A DNA stretch of 64,000 bases from Macrostomum hystrix (GCA_950097015.1 CATNEN010000029.1:2604001-2668000); one strand, 5' to 3'; positions 24,906 through 40,038 are shown, counted from the stretch's first letter. The notes: generated by a model from the letters alone, not told the origin. Program-made: numbers and translations.

Positions 24906-27900
24906 CATATCCGTCACACCTTAACAGCCCAAAGCTACGACTACCTAAGCGGCTCCCATCTCTTACCGGTCTCTCTCTCCCCCCCTCTCTCTCTCTCTCA
25001 ATCCGGCAGCTTTATTCCCTTTGCCTTTCTTCCGCACCCTTTGAAATGTGCCGCCGCCGCTGCTACCGCCTCCCTGCAGCAATGGTCTACCTCCTCTTTG
25101 AGCAGGTGCCCCTCAGTATAGTCGCATATAGTTCCGATATTAAATATCCTATTGGTATAGGAAGGCCAACCAAATAAGTGTGTTCGCCTCTGTCTATATA
25201 AATAAATCCTCTGTCGGTACCTATCTTTGTATTTCCCTGTCCTATCTGTCAAACTGTAAATGTGAGCTACTTCTATGCGCTCCCTAATTTAGAATTTGTT
25301 TGTCGGTTCGCCGCCTTTTGTATTTATTAATAATTTCCACTTGAGGCACTGAGACGCCGCCTCTCCCTTTCTCCCCTCTTGTCCCCTTGTCAAGCCCTCC
25401 GCCTCCGCATGATTCTTTTTTACCCATTTGCATTTTTTGTTCTCAGGTTTCTAAGCCTCCAATATTTTAAATTGCCGGCCGGCGTTTTCTCCGCCGACCG
25501 ACTCAATCAACGTCTAAACGCGCCGCTTATGTGTGTGTGAAGCAGATTTCTCTGTGTGTGCGTGTGGAAGGACTTGAGCCACGGATTGGCTACAAGGATA
25601 TCCTTCCACCCTCTAAAAATCCCTTTTGTTTCGTCCGCTTTTTTCTAACAAATTCCGCCACAAAGTGCCTTTGCTCTCTTTCTCTTTCAGTTTTTGTTCC
25701 CTTTCTCTTCTTTTTCCCCTTTGTCTCTTTGCCGCGCCGCCGCGCAGCCATCGGATAAAGGCGGGCAGACTGGCATTTAGTCGTCACGAAACGGCTAGTA
25801 GCCTCCCCTCGCCTCTCCCGTCTCCAAGGCGAGATCGCGACCTATCCAACTGCTATTCAGATAAATATATATTCACACATAGACTCTGGTTTAAGCATTT
25901 TCTTCTCATTTATTTGAATCTCAGAGCCGTGTGCTACAGCATGAGCCAGGCAGCGTTGCCCTACCACACATCGTACGCGCCAGGCTCCAAGCAAGACTCG
26001 GAGCTGCAGTCGCTATCATCCGACGCGTTGACAGACGACACTCTCTCGCAGGCTGACACAGCTAGCAGCTTTGAACAGCATCAGCACAGCCGGCGGAGTC
26101 ATCGGCGAGCAATTAGACGCTCCGCTGACATCAACAAGGAGGATCCGCGCGCGGCCATCATTCCGCGGCCGGCAACTGCGGCATTAGCCACCGAGGCGAT
26201 GGCTGCCGCGACTGCGGCTGGCCGACCAGTCGGCTGCGACGCCACCAACAATCCGGCCGAGTTTGCACGCCTTCTAATCGAGAAGCTGCAGGCGCATCAG
26301 CGCGACGTCGGACGGACCGAACGCCTGCACGAAGCCATCGGCCGACCGGAGCGGCCAACCGGCGCCGGTCTGCTGAACTCGGACTGGGCCCAGCGCCTGC
26401 TGGCGCGCAATTCAGAGTCGCACAATCCGGAACAGATTCTGGACAATCACCTGGAGACTGTGTTCGACCGGGCCGCCGGGGGCGCTCAGCAGGTATCTTC
26501 GTCTAGGCCGGATACTGAACACGTGCATCATTATCATTATCATCACCACTACGGTGGAGCTGACGGTGCCGGAAGCAGCGGCGGCATTGCCGGTGCCTGT
26601 CGCCAGTCCAAGTCGACCAGTTCGCTGGCCGATTCAGGCGTTGGCACAGTCTCTAGTCGCGGTCGCAGCGGTCGTCAATCTTCGCAGCAGCATCGTCAGC
26701 AGCCGCCGTCGGCGTCACCCGGAGCTCAGATTTCATTTCCAATGGCGCCGCCGCAGTCGCTGCAGTTGCAGCCTAACCCGCCAATACCGACTTCGCTTTC
26801 AATGCCTGCCTCGGCCTCGCTTCAGAAGCCGCAGCCGCCGCCAGTCTCCCAGCGTCAGCTGAATCTTCACGTAGCCCAACAGGCCGCTTCAGCTTCGATA
26901 GCGGCTGGGCCAAGGCAGCCGTTCGCGTGCGATCCCAATATGTCGCTAGTGGACAAACCGCTCACTGACAATGTCATTGTGGAAGCCCGGCGGCGACTGG
27001 AGGAGGTAAAAATCTGGATTAACTGGATTAACAACAAAGGTTGCCTTTGTTACTTAGGGGTTGCCTTTGTTACTTAGGGGTTGCCTTTGTTACTTAGGGG
27101 TTGCCTTTGTTACTTAGGGGTTGCCTTTGTTACTTAGGGGTTGCCTTTGTTACTTAGGGGTTGCCTTTGTTTCTTAGGGGTTGCCTTTGTTACTTAGGGG
27201 TTGCCTTTGTTACTTAGGGGTTGCCTTTGTTACTTAGTGGTTGCCTTTGTTACTTAGTGGTTGCCTTTGTTACTTAGTGGTTGCCTTTGTTACTTAGGGG
27301 TTGCCTTTGTTACTTAGGGGTTGCCTTTGTTACTTAGTGGTTGCCTTTGTTACTTAGGGGTTGCCTTTGTTACTTAGTGGTTGCCTTTGTTACTTAGGGG
27401 TTGCCTCTGTCACTTGGAGGTTGCCTTTGATACTTAGGGGTTGCCTTTGTCACTTGGGGGTTGCCTTTCTTACTTAGGGGTTGCCTTTGTCACTTGGGGG
27501 TTGCCTTTCTTACTTAGGGGTTGCCTTTGTCACTTGGGGGTTGCCTTTCTTACTTAGGGGTTGCCTTTGTCACTTGTGGGTTGCCTTTCTTACTTAGGGG
27601 TTGCCAATCTATCATTTTTTAAATGGTTGATATCTTCGATTCTTTCTTATTGGTTGCCCATCTTCCGTATGGGTTGCCTATCTTTCATAGGGGTTGCCCA
27701 TCTTCCGTATCGTTGCCCATATAGCCCTAAAGTTTCTCATGTTCTTCATGGGTTGGCCAAAGTCTTTAATGTATATATATAATCCTTAAGGGTTGCCCAC
27801 CTTAAGTATGGCTTGCCCATCTAGTTGTCTATCACGCGCATACAAATCTGGTATCCAGATGTCATTGTCAGCCGCCGAGGAATCTACCGGAGCCCAGCAA

Positions 27901-28152
27901 CCCCAGCTGACAATCGGTTATTTCCTATTCGGCGAATCCGTGCCCTTCCGCTGCACCTGGTCGGGCCGAGAGATCACACTTGGCGAGTTCAAGCAGCTCA
28001 TTGCTAAGAAGGGTAACTTTCGCTACTTCTTCAAGAAGCGTTCCGATGAATTCGTTGTCGGCGGCGCTGTTCACGAGGAAGTGACCGACGACTCTGAGGT
28101 GCTGCCCCTGTGGGACGGCAAAGTCGTGGGCAAGGTGGAGAAGGTCGAGTGA
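23528..28152 (+). CDS. axin: Axin; exons 23528-24399, 25925-27005, 27859-28152; ~748 aa
   Basis: RGS domain (LRWAECPQNLLDDPEG...YPAFLKSDLY), LPTVHEDRE, PYHTSYAPGSKQDSELQSLSSDA, GSK3-binding PAEFARLLIEKLQ, beta-catenin-binding NPEQILDNHL, His-rich tract, QPFACDPNM...EARRRLEE, C-terminal DIX domain (FRYFFKK...LPLWDGKVVGKVE); intron phases 2 and 0 match. Confidence 0.96.
24420..24530. repeat. 21-bp GCTGACAGGCAGGGAGTCTAT minisatellite, ~5 copies, Axin intron 1
   Basis: Starts ~20 nt after the donor. Confidence 0.9.
24848..24903. repeat. (GT)n microsatellite, Axin intron 1
   Basis: Pure dinucleotide run. Confidence 0.98.
27039..27605. repeat. 21-bp GGTTGCCTTTGTTACTTAGGG minisatellite, ~27 copies, Axin intron 2
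   Basis: Tandem units, most containing TTAGGG. Confidence 0.96.
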
Positions 28153-28663
28153 TTCAGAACAGGCTTGCTTAGTTGCTGCTTTTTTAATTGAAATCCAGTG
28201 AATTGATTGCTAATCTATGGTTTGCTTAGAAGAACAGGGATAGCATTAACAATCAATTCACTGTTCCGTTCAGTTAGTTTATAGAATACTCAATTTTCTA
28301 GCCCCATATCACAGCTGTAACTGATTATCCTTTTATTGATTTTGCGAATCATACTACTAAATGCTACCTGTAGGCGAGTAGTATCAAAGAGACGCTTATT
28401 TGAGCCGCGTGCGCCATCATCGTACTCAAATGGCTCTTTAACCAATGAGCTTCCTACAGTTTCGTTCTGTTATCATACAAATTGATGCATTAGCAGTTTT
28501 TTACACTGGTCTGAACGAAAAGTAGTTCATTTTTTCTTTGCTAAATTTAAAAAGCTATCGTAGCAGTACCTACCTGTCCCGCATGCGTCTGCTTTTTGCC
28601 AAATTGCCTTCTCCTGATTCGATCTTGTATTTAGTTTTATTTGCATTGACTATATGCTTTAGC

Positions 28664-29487
28664 CAGTGTTGGGCATCGTTAACTTTTTTTAACGGATTAA
28701 ACATCGATCCATTAAAGTTAAAATTACAAAAAAAGTTAACGTTTTACAACATTAGCCGTTAATTTCAGAAAAAGTTAACGTTTTAGCGTTAAAAAGCGTT
28801 AAAAAAATAAAATAAGGTAATAAGGTATAAAAAACTCCTAAGAATAAAATAAGGTATACACTGATAGAACGACTCTAATATTGTAGAGACTTTTAACCAG
28901 TCAGCAGATTCATTGGAGAACTCGAAACAAATTCAGAGTATATTGCACACCTCATCTATCTCAACTTCTGTAACTTTATTCTTTCCGTAAGAGAAACCAG
29001 CATCATGCGTAGCAGCGGTTTCTGTTTGAAATTTTGATTAGCGCAATATGCGTTTAAAATGATTAACAAATAATGCATACTCAGCATTGTTAATCAGTTA
29101 ATCAATACTAGTCACAGCCAAACTGAAACTGTGCCAAACTATTAATCAATAATAATAATAACCAGTGGGCATTGGCACTATCCAACTCAGCGAAACCACG
29201 TGAATTGGTCACTTGGGCCAACTTCGATCTAGACCGATTCGAAATTGGTCTAGATGAAATTGATGAAATTGTTGCGAAAAAATGCTGAGTTCAAGTCTTT
29301 TCATTTGACGCGAATTTTGTGCAAAATTCGTATTTAACGGAAGTTATCTGCAGTTAAATCGTCAAAAAAGTAACGGAAAATCATGAATCCGTTAAGAGCA
29401 AAAAATTAACTTGAGATCCGTTAAAGTAAAAAAACGTTAACGGACTTTAACGGACTTTAACGGTTAACGGACTTGTGCCCAACACTG
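28664..29487. mobile_element. Non-autonomous hAT-type DNA transposon (MITE), 824 bp
   Basis: TIR CAGTGTTGGGCA / TGCCCAACACTG; perfect 8-bp TSD GCTTTAGC (28656-28663, 29488-29495); subterminal TTAACGG repeats. Confidence 0.93.
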
Positions 29488-31679
29488 GCTTTAGCTGACT
29501 ATGTTTGATTGCAGAAATAGCGTTTCTTGCTATTCACAACTACACAAAATGCCTTTTGAATAGTCGGAATTTCCTAAATTTGTAATCATTTGTATGTCGT
29601 GGTGTTGCACATTTTTCCGCCGCTAAGTCACCAAACTCAGCCTTACTATTTTTATGTGTTCTCATAGTTTTGAAAGCATTGCATCGAAATATAAAATCTT
29701 GGAAACTCAATGGTGCCTTTGTCTGCTAGCGTCGCTGTTATTTATTTATTTAAATTCACAAACTTACCTTACTGCATGAGTAGGTTGTAATCCTATTAGA
29801 AAAGGCAGGAAGGCTGGCTCAATATAGCTTGCTTGTAATTTCTGCTTTTAATATTCATAATATCTAGTTTCCTGTCATTTTTATTGTATTTTTACGCAAC
29901 ACTAGCTTCATTGATAGGAACTTATATATTTAAAACTGTATTTTGTGACACGTAGTACATTCAGTGTACATCTATCTGGCCTTCACTGCTTGCTAATGAT
30001 AGCTATGCACAGTAGTTTTGACACAGTTTTTAAGCAAAAACGAATTGTCACTGTACAGCGTGTACCGTGTAAATAAACTTTTTTGCCTCGGACGCTGTTC
30101 TTTTAATTTTTTCGTTTTCACTTTAACTTTATAATCACGCAGGCACGTACAAACCGTTTGTACAGTTGTTTTTTTTATATTTAATTCCCTGTTTGAGTGC
30201 ATCTAAATACAACTTTTTCTACTGATCTTTACACTAAATAAGCGGAAGCAAGCAAATAGTCACAACTAGCTTTGCCTTCAGTTTGTTAAATATTTTATTG
30301 CGTCATTAGTCTCATGCAAATTAAATTCTGACGAGAATAACGAGAATAACGAGAATTCGCTTTCTAAATATTTTATACATATTCTCGTCTGCATCACAAT
30401 ACATATAATTTACTTTGAAGTAATTGATAGGTTTCAGAAAATTTCACATGCACTTTTACATCCGCGGTTTGAAACTAAAAGCTGAAAATGCATTCTTGCT
30501 CATTGCATGGTTATGATGTAATGTACGAGTACTTGAATTCGATTTTCAATATCGATCAAATTGGTGAAATTTCTTGCATACTTGCGTTGATCACATACTT
30601 TCTATCGAGCTCTCATTAACGAATATATTCGAAAACTAGTATATCTTCCTGTTTGGAACTTATTAAACATAAGTTCTATTCAAAGAGCTTTTCGTCAGCA
30701 AAACGGAAACCACCTCGTGTTAAAACAAAACTTTGCTATTTGTATTAAGCTTGTACAAACTAAAAAATATCTTGGCACATAAAGCTTATTAAAAAAAGTA
30801 TTGATAAACTTCTAGTGTGTTTCTAGCGTTAAAAAATAATTTATTTTTCCTTAGCTCCATTTAAGCTTGGCTTGTAGATTTTTTAATTTAAGAATAAACC
30901 AATTTATTTTTACTTGCTTGCTGCATTTGTACGACTTCTCTTACTCGACAAATATTAGCCCACAATGAATGCTTTTTCGGCATAAGTAAATATGCATTGA
31001 AACCGGTGAAAACGTTAGATTTAAATGCAACAGTCTTTATATATTTTTTGTGCATTATTACGTTCTTTGCCTCCATGTTTGAAGCTTTTCATAGATATTT
31101 TTTAATAACAAATAAATAAATTTGGTACTATGAAAATAAAAAATATTTATTTGTCTATAGGTGTTAGTTAAAATTAAAAGCAACACAATATCAATAAGTT
31201 CAATTCCTTTTTACAGCGCGTTTAACTTATTTTATTTTATAAATATTTCAAGACATCAAGTTTATATTTAATTTAAAAAGCTTTTTATCAGTTGGAGACA
31301 TGAAAAGAAAAATCGCAAAAAATTATTCTACACAAACTTTTAATGACCAGTCATGATTCAAAAAGATTTAATGTCTGTTTCGGATTCAAATAATACAAAG
31401 ATACAACAAAAATATTTTTCTTTCTAACCAAAAAGGTTTGATGCTTTTTTCATTTAGTTTTTACATTAACAGTAACACATGTACTTTAATAAATTTTGTA
31501 GACGAGTAGAAACCCTGAAATATACATGAATTATTTTCTTTCGATTTCTCTTTTTCCTTCAAATAGAGAATCGCACTATTTACTATCTAATGCGCAAAAT
31601 GAGGAATTCGTCCATCAATTTGCACCCGCAGCAGAACGGAGCTCTGGCAGCCGCGACCCAACACTGCTCACCATCAGGA

Positions 31680-34707
<3,028 letters not shown>

Positions 34708-35404
34708 GCTATGAGCAGTTCTACCATAGAAGTCTCTAACACTATTTTTATTATTTTCCTACTGTTACGTACTTAGGTGCAACACCTGTAGTTGGTTTCC
34801 CTAGCCTTGACTGCAGCTACTTGTATGATGAATTGCGTTTATAATTGCCCGATGGCCACTTTAGCAGATTCTGACTGTTTTACTATGAGTAGCTCAGTAG
34901 ACAAACAGTAGTAGTTTTTGTACCCTCATTTCTTATCCTTAAGACTAATTTAAATTTAAAATATTTTTCTTGCCTCTGAAGATGTTACTGTGGCTCCCGC
35001 CTCCCTTTCCTATAAAATTTCTTTAAAGTTATTACCTTATTTTAATTATGAGTTTAAACATTTTTTCGTCTTCCTATTTAATTTTGTCTATAATCTGATC
35101 TTTTCTGTTATACTAGTGACAAGCCTTTCTTCTGCTAATTCTGATAGATTTTCTTCTGATAAAGCATTTGAATTTGAACTAATAATGACTACGACACATG
35201 TATGGGATAAGAGGAGCGAGATTTTATCGTGTGTTAATCCCTAAAGAGTTGGTAGGAATAATGTATTTTAACATAATCGCGGTTGTTAAAAATGGTTAAA
35301 AAAGGATTTACTTATTGTAAGTTAACTGTATATCGAATCCCAATTTATTCTATTATACTATTATGAATCGACTCCAAATTCTTGTAATTACCTATATCTT
35401 AGCC

Positions 35405-36032
35405 AATTCTTCGAATCCAAATTCTTCGTATCCAAATTCTTCGAATCCAAATTCTTCGAATCCCAATTCTTCGAATCCCAATTCTTCGAATCCCAATTCC
35501 TCGAATCCCAATTCTTTAAATCCCAATTCTTCGAATCCCAATTCTTCGCATCCCAATTCTTCGAATCCCAATTCTTCGAAACCCAATTCTTCGAAACCCA
35601 ATTCTTCGAAACCCAATTCTTCGAATCCCAATTCTTCGAATCCCAATTCTTCGAATCCCAATTCTTCGAATCCCAATTCTTCGAATCCCAATTCTTCGAA
35701 TCCCAATTCTTCGAATCCCAATTCTTCGAATCCCAATTCTTCGAATCCCAATTCTTCGAATCCCAATTCTTCGAAACCCAATTCTCCGAATCCAAATTCT
35801 TCGAATCCCAATTCTTCGAATCCCAATTCTTCGAATCCCAATTCTTCGAATCCCAATTCTTCGTATCCCAATTCTTCGAAACCCAATTCTTCGAATCCCA
35901 ATTCTTCGAATCCCAATTCTTCGAATCCCAATTCCTCGAATCCAAATTCTTCGAATCCCAATTCTTAGAATCCCAATTCTTCGAATCCCAATTCTTCGAA
36001 TCCCAATTCTTCGAATCCAAATTCTTCTAATC
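35405..36032. repeat. 15-bp CCCAATTCTTCGAAT minisatellite, ~42 copies
   Basis: Tandem units; explains the NSSNP/WDSKN/FEELG ORFs. Confidence 0.97.
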
Positions 36033-36435
36033 CCAATTTTAAAAAATTTAAAATATTTTTTTATTTAGCTGCGGAGTACATGGCTCGCCATTATAATTCA
36101 GATTTTTAAGCAGGTATTCTATAGTTTTTAGCATGTCAGTCAATTTTGTTGGCCAATTTAGTTTTTTTTTCAATTTGGTAATGCTTCCTTAATAGACGAA
36201 CAAAGAATCTGCTGATTTTCTACATTCTTTTTTCGAACTTTTTAAATTTTATTAAGTATCTAAGTAATTTTCTTGTCACAACTCTGCACATTCACTCATG
36301 CAAGTATAACAAATATAATATCGTATTTAACTGAACAGCTCCTGTGTCTGAACTTCAACGGCGAGGAGTCTTTGTCCAGTAAATATTTCAGTTCTTTATT
36401 GTGCTTCTCAGAAATGATTTCGTATATCTGTAGGT

Positions 36436-37211
36436 CAGGGGTCGGCAAACTTATTAGCTAGTGGGCCAAAAAGAGAACCGAAAAGACGACAGCGGGCCGC
36501 ATTGACTGTAGAAATATGAGATAGGGGAGAGATGAGACACGGGAGAGACGAGACTGAGAGACGAGACTGAGGAGAGATGAGACACGGGAGAGACGAGACT
36601 GGGAGATGAGACACGGGAGAGATGAGACACGGGAGAGACGAGACACAGGAGAGATGAGACACAGGAGAGATGAGACACAGGAGAGATGAGACACAGGAGA
36701 GATGAGACAGCGGAGAGATGAGACGCGGGAGAGATGAGACGGCGGAGAGATGAGACACGGGAGAGACGAGACTGAGAGACGAGACTGAGGAGAGATGAGA
36801 CACGGGAGAGACGAGACTGGGAGATGAGACACGGGAGAGATGAGACACGGGAGAGATGAGACACGGGAGAGACGAGACACAGGAGAGATGAGACACAGGA
36901 GAGATGAGACACAGGAGAGATGAGACAGCGGAGAGATGAGACGCGGGAGAGATGAGACGGCGGAGAGATGAGACGCGGGAGAGATGAGACACAGGAGAGA
37001 TTAGACACAGGAGAGATGAGACACGGGAGGGATAAGACACGGAAGAGATGAGACACGGGAGGGATAAGACACGGAAGAGACGAGACATGGGAGAGACGAG
37101 TCAGGGGAGAGATAAAACAGGATACTGTAGGTGTCGGAAAGGGCAACGGGGCCGGATTTGGGAGCTTCGAGGGCCGCATCTGGCCTACTGGCCGGAGTTT
37201 GCCGGCCCGTG
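36436..37211. mobile_element. Non-autonomous hAT (Charlie-like) element, 776 bp, carrying an internal minisatellite
   Basis: TIR CAGGGGTCGGCAAACT / AGTTTGCCGGCCCGTG; perfect 8-bp TSD CTGTAGGT (36428-36435, 37212-37219); interior ~36520-37110 is GAGAGATGAGACAC-type repeat. Confidence 0.92.
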
Positions 37212-37239
37212 CTGTAGGTTCTCGAGAACAGTTACAGTA

Positions 37240-37432
37240 ATACAGAGTATGTACAGAGTACAGAGCATGTAGTACAAACTGTGCAGTACAGAGTATGCAG
37301 TACAGAGTATGCAGTACAGAGTATGCAGTACAGAGTATGCAGTACAGAGTATGCAGCACAGAGTATGCAGTACAGAGTATGCAGTACAGAGTATGCAGTA
37401 CAGAGTATGCAGTACAGAGTATGCAGTACAGA
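37240..37432. repeat. 14-bp AGTACAGAGTATGC minisatellite
   Basis: Tandem units. Confidence 0.93.
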
Positions 37433-38479
37433 GCACAATCTGTATTCTCAGATTCTATATTGCTATTATAGAGCATATAATCAGAGCTGGGCAGTATGCA
37501 ACAAAGTAAACCAGCACACGCACGCTGCAATCCAATTGGACTTAGCAACTTTTCTGAGTAACTCAAAATGCGATAACAAATCGAGCATGTGACCTGACCC
37601 GATGGTATTTTTTATGCAGATTCAGTTTCACAGAATGTCATGTTGGCTCAGACTGTCATTATTTATTGCGGGCATTTTAGCGGACCTTCTCAACTCGCTT
37701 CTGGACAAAAAAGGCCTTTGACCCAGTTTTTAGATGTGGGGTGTTAAATTGAACGTATGCGACGCGAGGTCGACCCTTTTTGTCTATTTTGCTAATTTCT
37801 TGAATCTATTCAATGTACATTACTCTTATATAGCTTCTACAAGAGCATACAGACGTTTTGCTTTGACTTTCCTTTTCACACTGTGTGTTTATCTCTCGCA
37901 GGATAATTAACGCAAGTACTCCACTATTGTGAAACATGGTGCAATGTACTTTTAGACCTAAAATAGAGCAGTTTGACTGTAGGCTTGACAATCTTTTAGT
38001 TTATTCATTAATTTATGGCGCTGTTAAGTCGTGAGGTTTTAAGCTTGTCTTGCACTAATTGCATGGGTTGCATGACGGCTTGGGGGGAAGGCAGAATTAG
38101 GGGGTGGAGGAAATAAGTGTACAGCCATCGTGCCCTGGGGAAGGGGTAGAGAGTTTATTCAGGTCGGTAACTGTACAGAACTATCTGGCTGTGACGGGTT
38201 GAGCGAGATGATAGAGGGGACAGAAAGGCGATAGTGCTAGTGTGTTGGGGGGAGGGGGGGAGGGGGCAGCGAGAAGTCTAAAAGACCACCCGCCCCACTG
38301 GCGAGGCTTCTTCCTTTATTTATTTTCCAGTTGGAAAAGATATTCGCGCACGTACTCACTAAGCTAGCAGTAGCAAAGCATTATTTAATTGTTCTTGTTA
38401 GTTAAAGTCTAGTCTCACCGCTGGTGCCAACCCAAGCGACAATCCACAGAATTGCGCACTTATCTGGCATTCAGTTATA

Positions 38480-39055
38480 ATGCTTTCTAAGTCGACCACG
38501 CTGATCCTGATCGGCATGATCTGCTGCGGCCTCCAGTGCCAGCTGGTCAATGCCTGCGGTAGCTCGGGCAGCAAATCCTGCTACGCTGCGACCACGAAGG
38601 CTGTGGCCTATCTGACGCCTCACGGCAGCGGCTTCAATGTCTACGGCTTCATCTCGCTGGTGCAGTCTGGCGACAGTCTAGTCATCACCGGCAATGTGAC
38701 CGGCCTCAATGCCAGCCAGCTATACGGCTTCCACATCCACGAATCTGGCGACCTCAGCAGCGGCTGCAGCGGCGCCCTGGGACACTACAATCCGTACGGA
38801 AAGCAGCACGGCGCGCCCGACGATGCCGAACGACACGTTGGCGACTTCGGCAACATTCAAGGCGGCTCAGGCGGCGTTGCCGTAGTCAGCATCACTGACA
38901 AGCTGGCTTCGCTAGTTAACACCGAGTCAGTCCTCGGCCGGTCCATCGTTGTGCACGCCGGTGTTGACGATCTGGGACGCGGCGGCCAGCCGTCTTCCAA
39001 GACAACCGGAAATGCGGGCGCGCGCATGGCCTGCGGAGTGATCGGCGTCAAGTGA
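38480..39055 (+). CDS. SOD3: Secreted (extracellular-type) Cu/Zn superoxide dismutase, single coding exon, 191 aa
   Basis: Signal peptide; all metal ligands present (GFHIH, GHYNP, HGAP, RHVGD, IVVH), the conserved disulfide Cys pair and the GAR Arg; NVT and NAS sequons. Confidence 0.95.
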   Translation: MLSKSTTLILIGMICCGLQCQLVNACGSSGSKSCYAATTKAVAYLTPHGSGFNVYGFISLVQSGDSLVITGNVTGLNASQLYGFHIHESGDLSSGCSGALGHYNPYGKQHGAPDDAERHVGDFGNIQGGSGGVAVVSITDKLASLVNTESVLGRSIVVHAGVDDLGRGGQPSSKTTGNAGARMACGVIGVK

Positions 39056-39798
39056 ACCCATCGACGAGTTTGACGCAATGATATTTCCGGGTTGTTTTGT
39101 TTAAACAAAATCGCACTATTTTTATCTATTTTTTGGAATGGCCAAAGTTTGTTTATCTGACGCTTGAATACGTGATCACTTCTGAAGATAAGATTTTTTT
39201 TAATTCTAATTTTTTTTATTTTACAAATCCTATAAATTCAATTTACGAATGTTGCAAGTAATATTATTAATTAAAAATCATTCAGCTATTTCTTCTGTCT
39301 CCAGATGTCAGATTGCACCCTGTTTATTTCTTTAAATCACTAAGCAGCGACATTAAACCAACGATTATTGATTTTGTTATACTTTCATACGTGTGCATAT
39401 CGTTCAGTGTATTTCGAGTAGAAAACTGGAAAAATTATTGGCGAAAGACGAATCCGTTCCATATTGTTCATGTTTAAAAAAAGTCATCTTTCCTGTGGAA
39501 ATCCACAATTTACTATTCCGCCATATCTAAAATGTCAATCGCACCTGTTCAAAACAAAGCAATTTTGTTACATTTTTATAATGTTTCGTAAATATCAGTA
39601 TTTGATGCTTAAACATTTTCTTATACTATTTTATTGTTTTCTCGCCGTAAACCAACTGCTGTATCTACAGTAAACAAATAGAAACAGTTAAAGTAAAGAA
39701 AGTTTTGTGAACACATTAATTCACTTCGGTGCACCCACTAACAGATTTCATTATAGTGTTTGAATCCACACTTTACTGCATTTAACTTCCTTCAGGAG

Positions 39799-40038
39799 GG
39801 TTTTTAGCTAGAGTCTAAGTGGTTGTAGCGTCGGACTCACGACCTGAAGGTCGGGGGCTCGATTCCCGTTTCCACTGTAACATTTCCTGTCCTTAGGCAA
39901 GACACTTAACGATGAATTGCTTCAGTTCCGCCAGCTGTTAAATGGGTACCTGCATCAGCTGGGGTAATTGAGGGTGGGTGTGGCGTGCCCTCAGTCCATG
40001 GACTGAACAGCTGTACACAGCTTTCACATGCGCCACGC
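39799..40038 (+). mobile_element. tRNA-derived SINE with CORE-like central domain
   Basis: tRNA-like head (AAGTGG...GGCTCGATTCCC) then TCCTTAGGCAAGACACTTAAC...CAGCTGTTAAATGGGTACC, resembling the MIR/CORE domain; homologous to 50422 and 63229. Confidence 0.85.

Noticed and set aside
25626-25924. 5' part of ORF 25626..27077 as Axin coding sequence
   Set aside because: Lies in intron 1; the phase-matched acceptor is at 25924/25925
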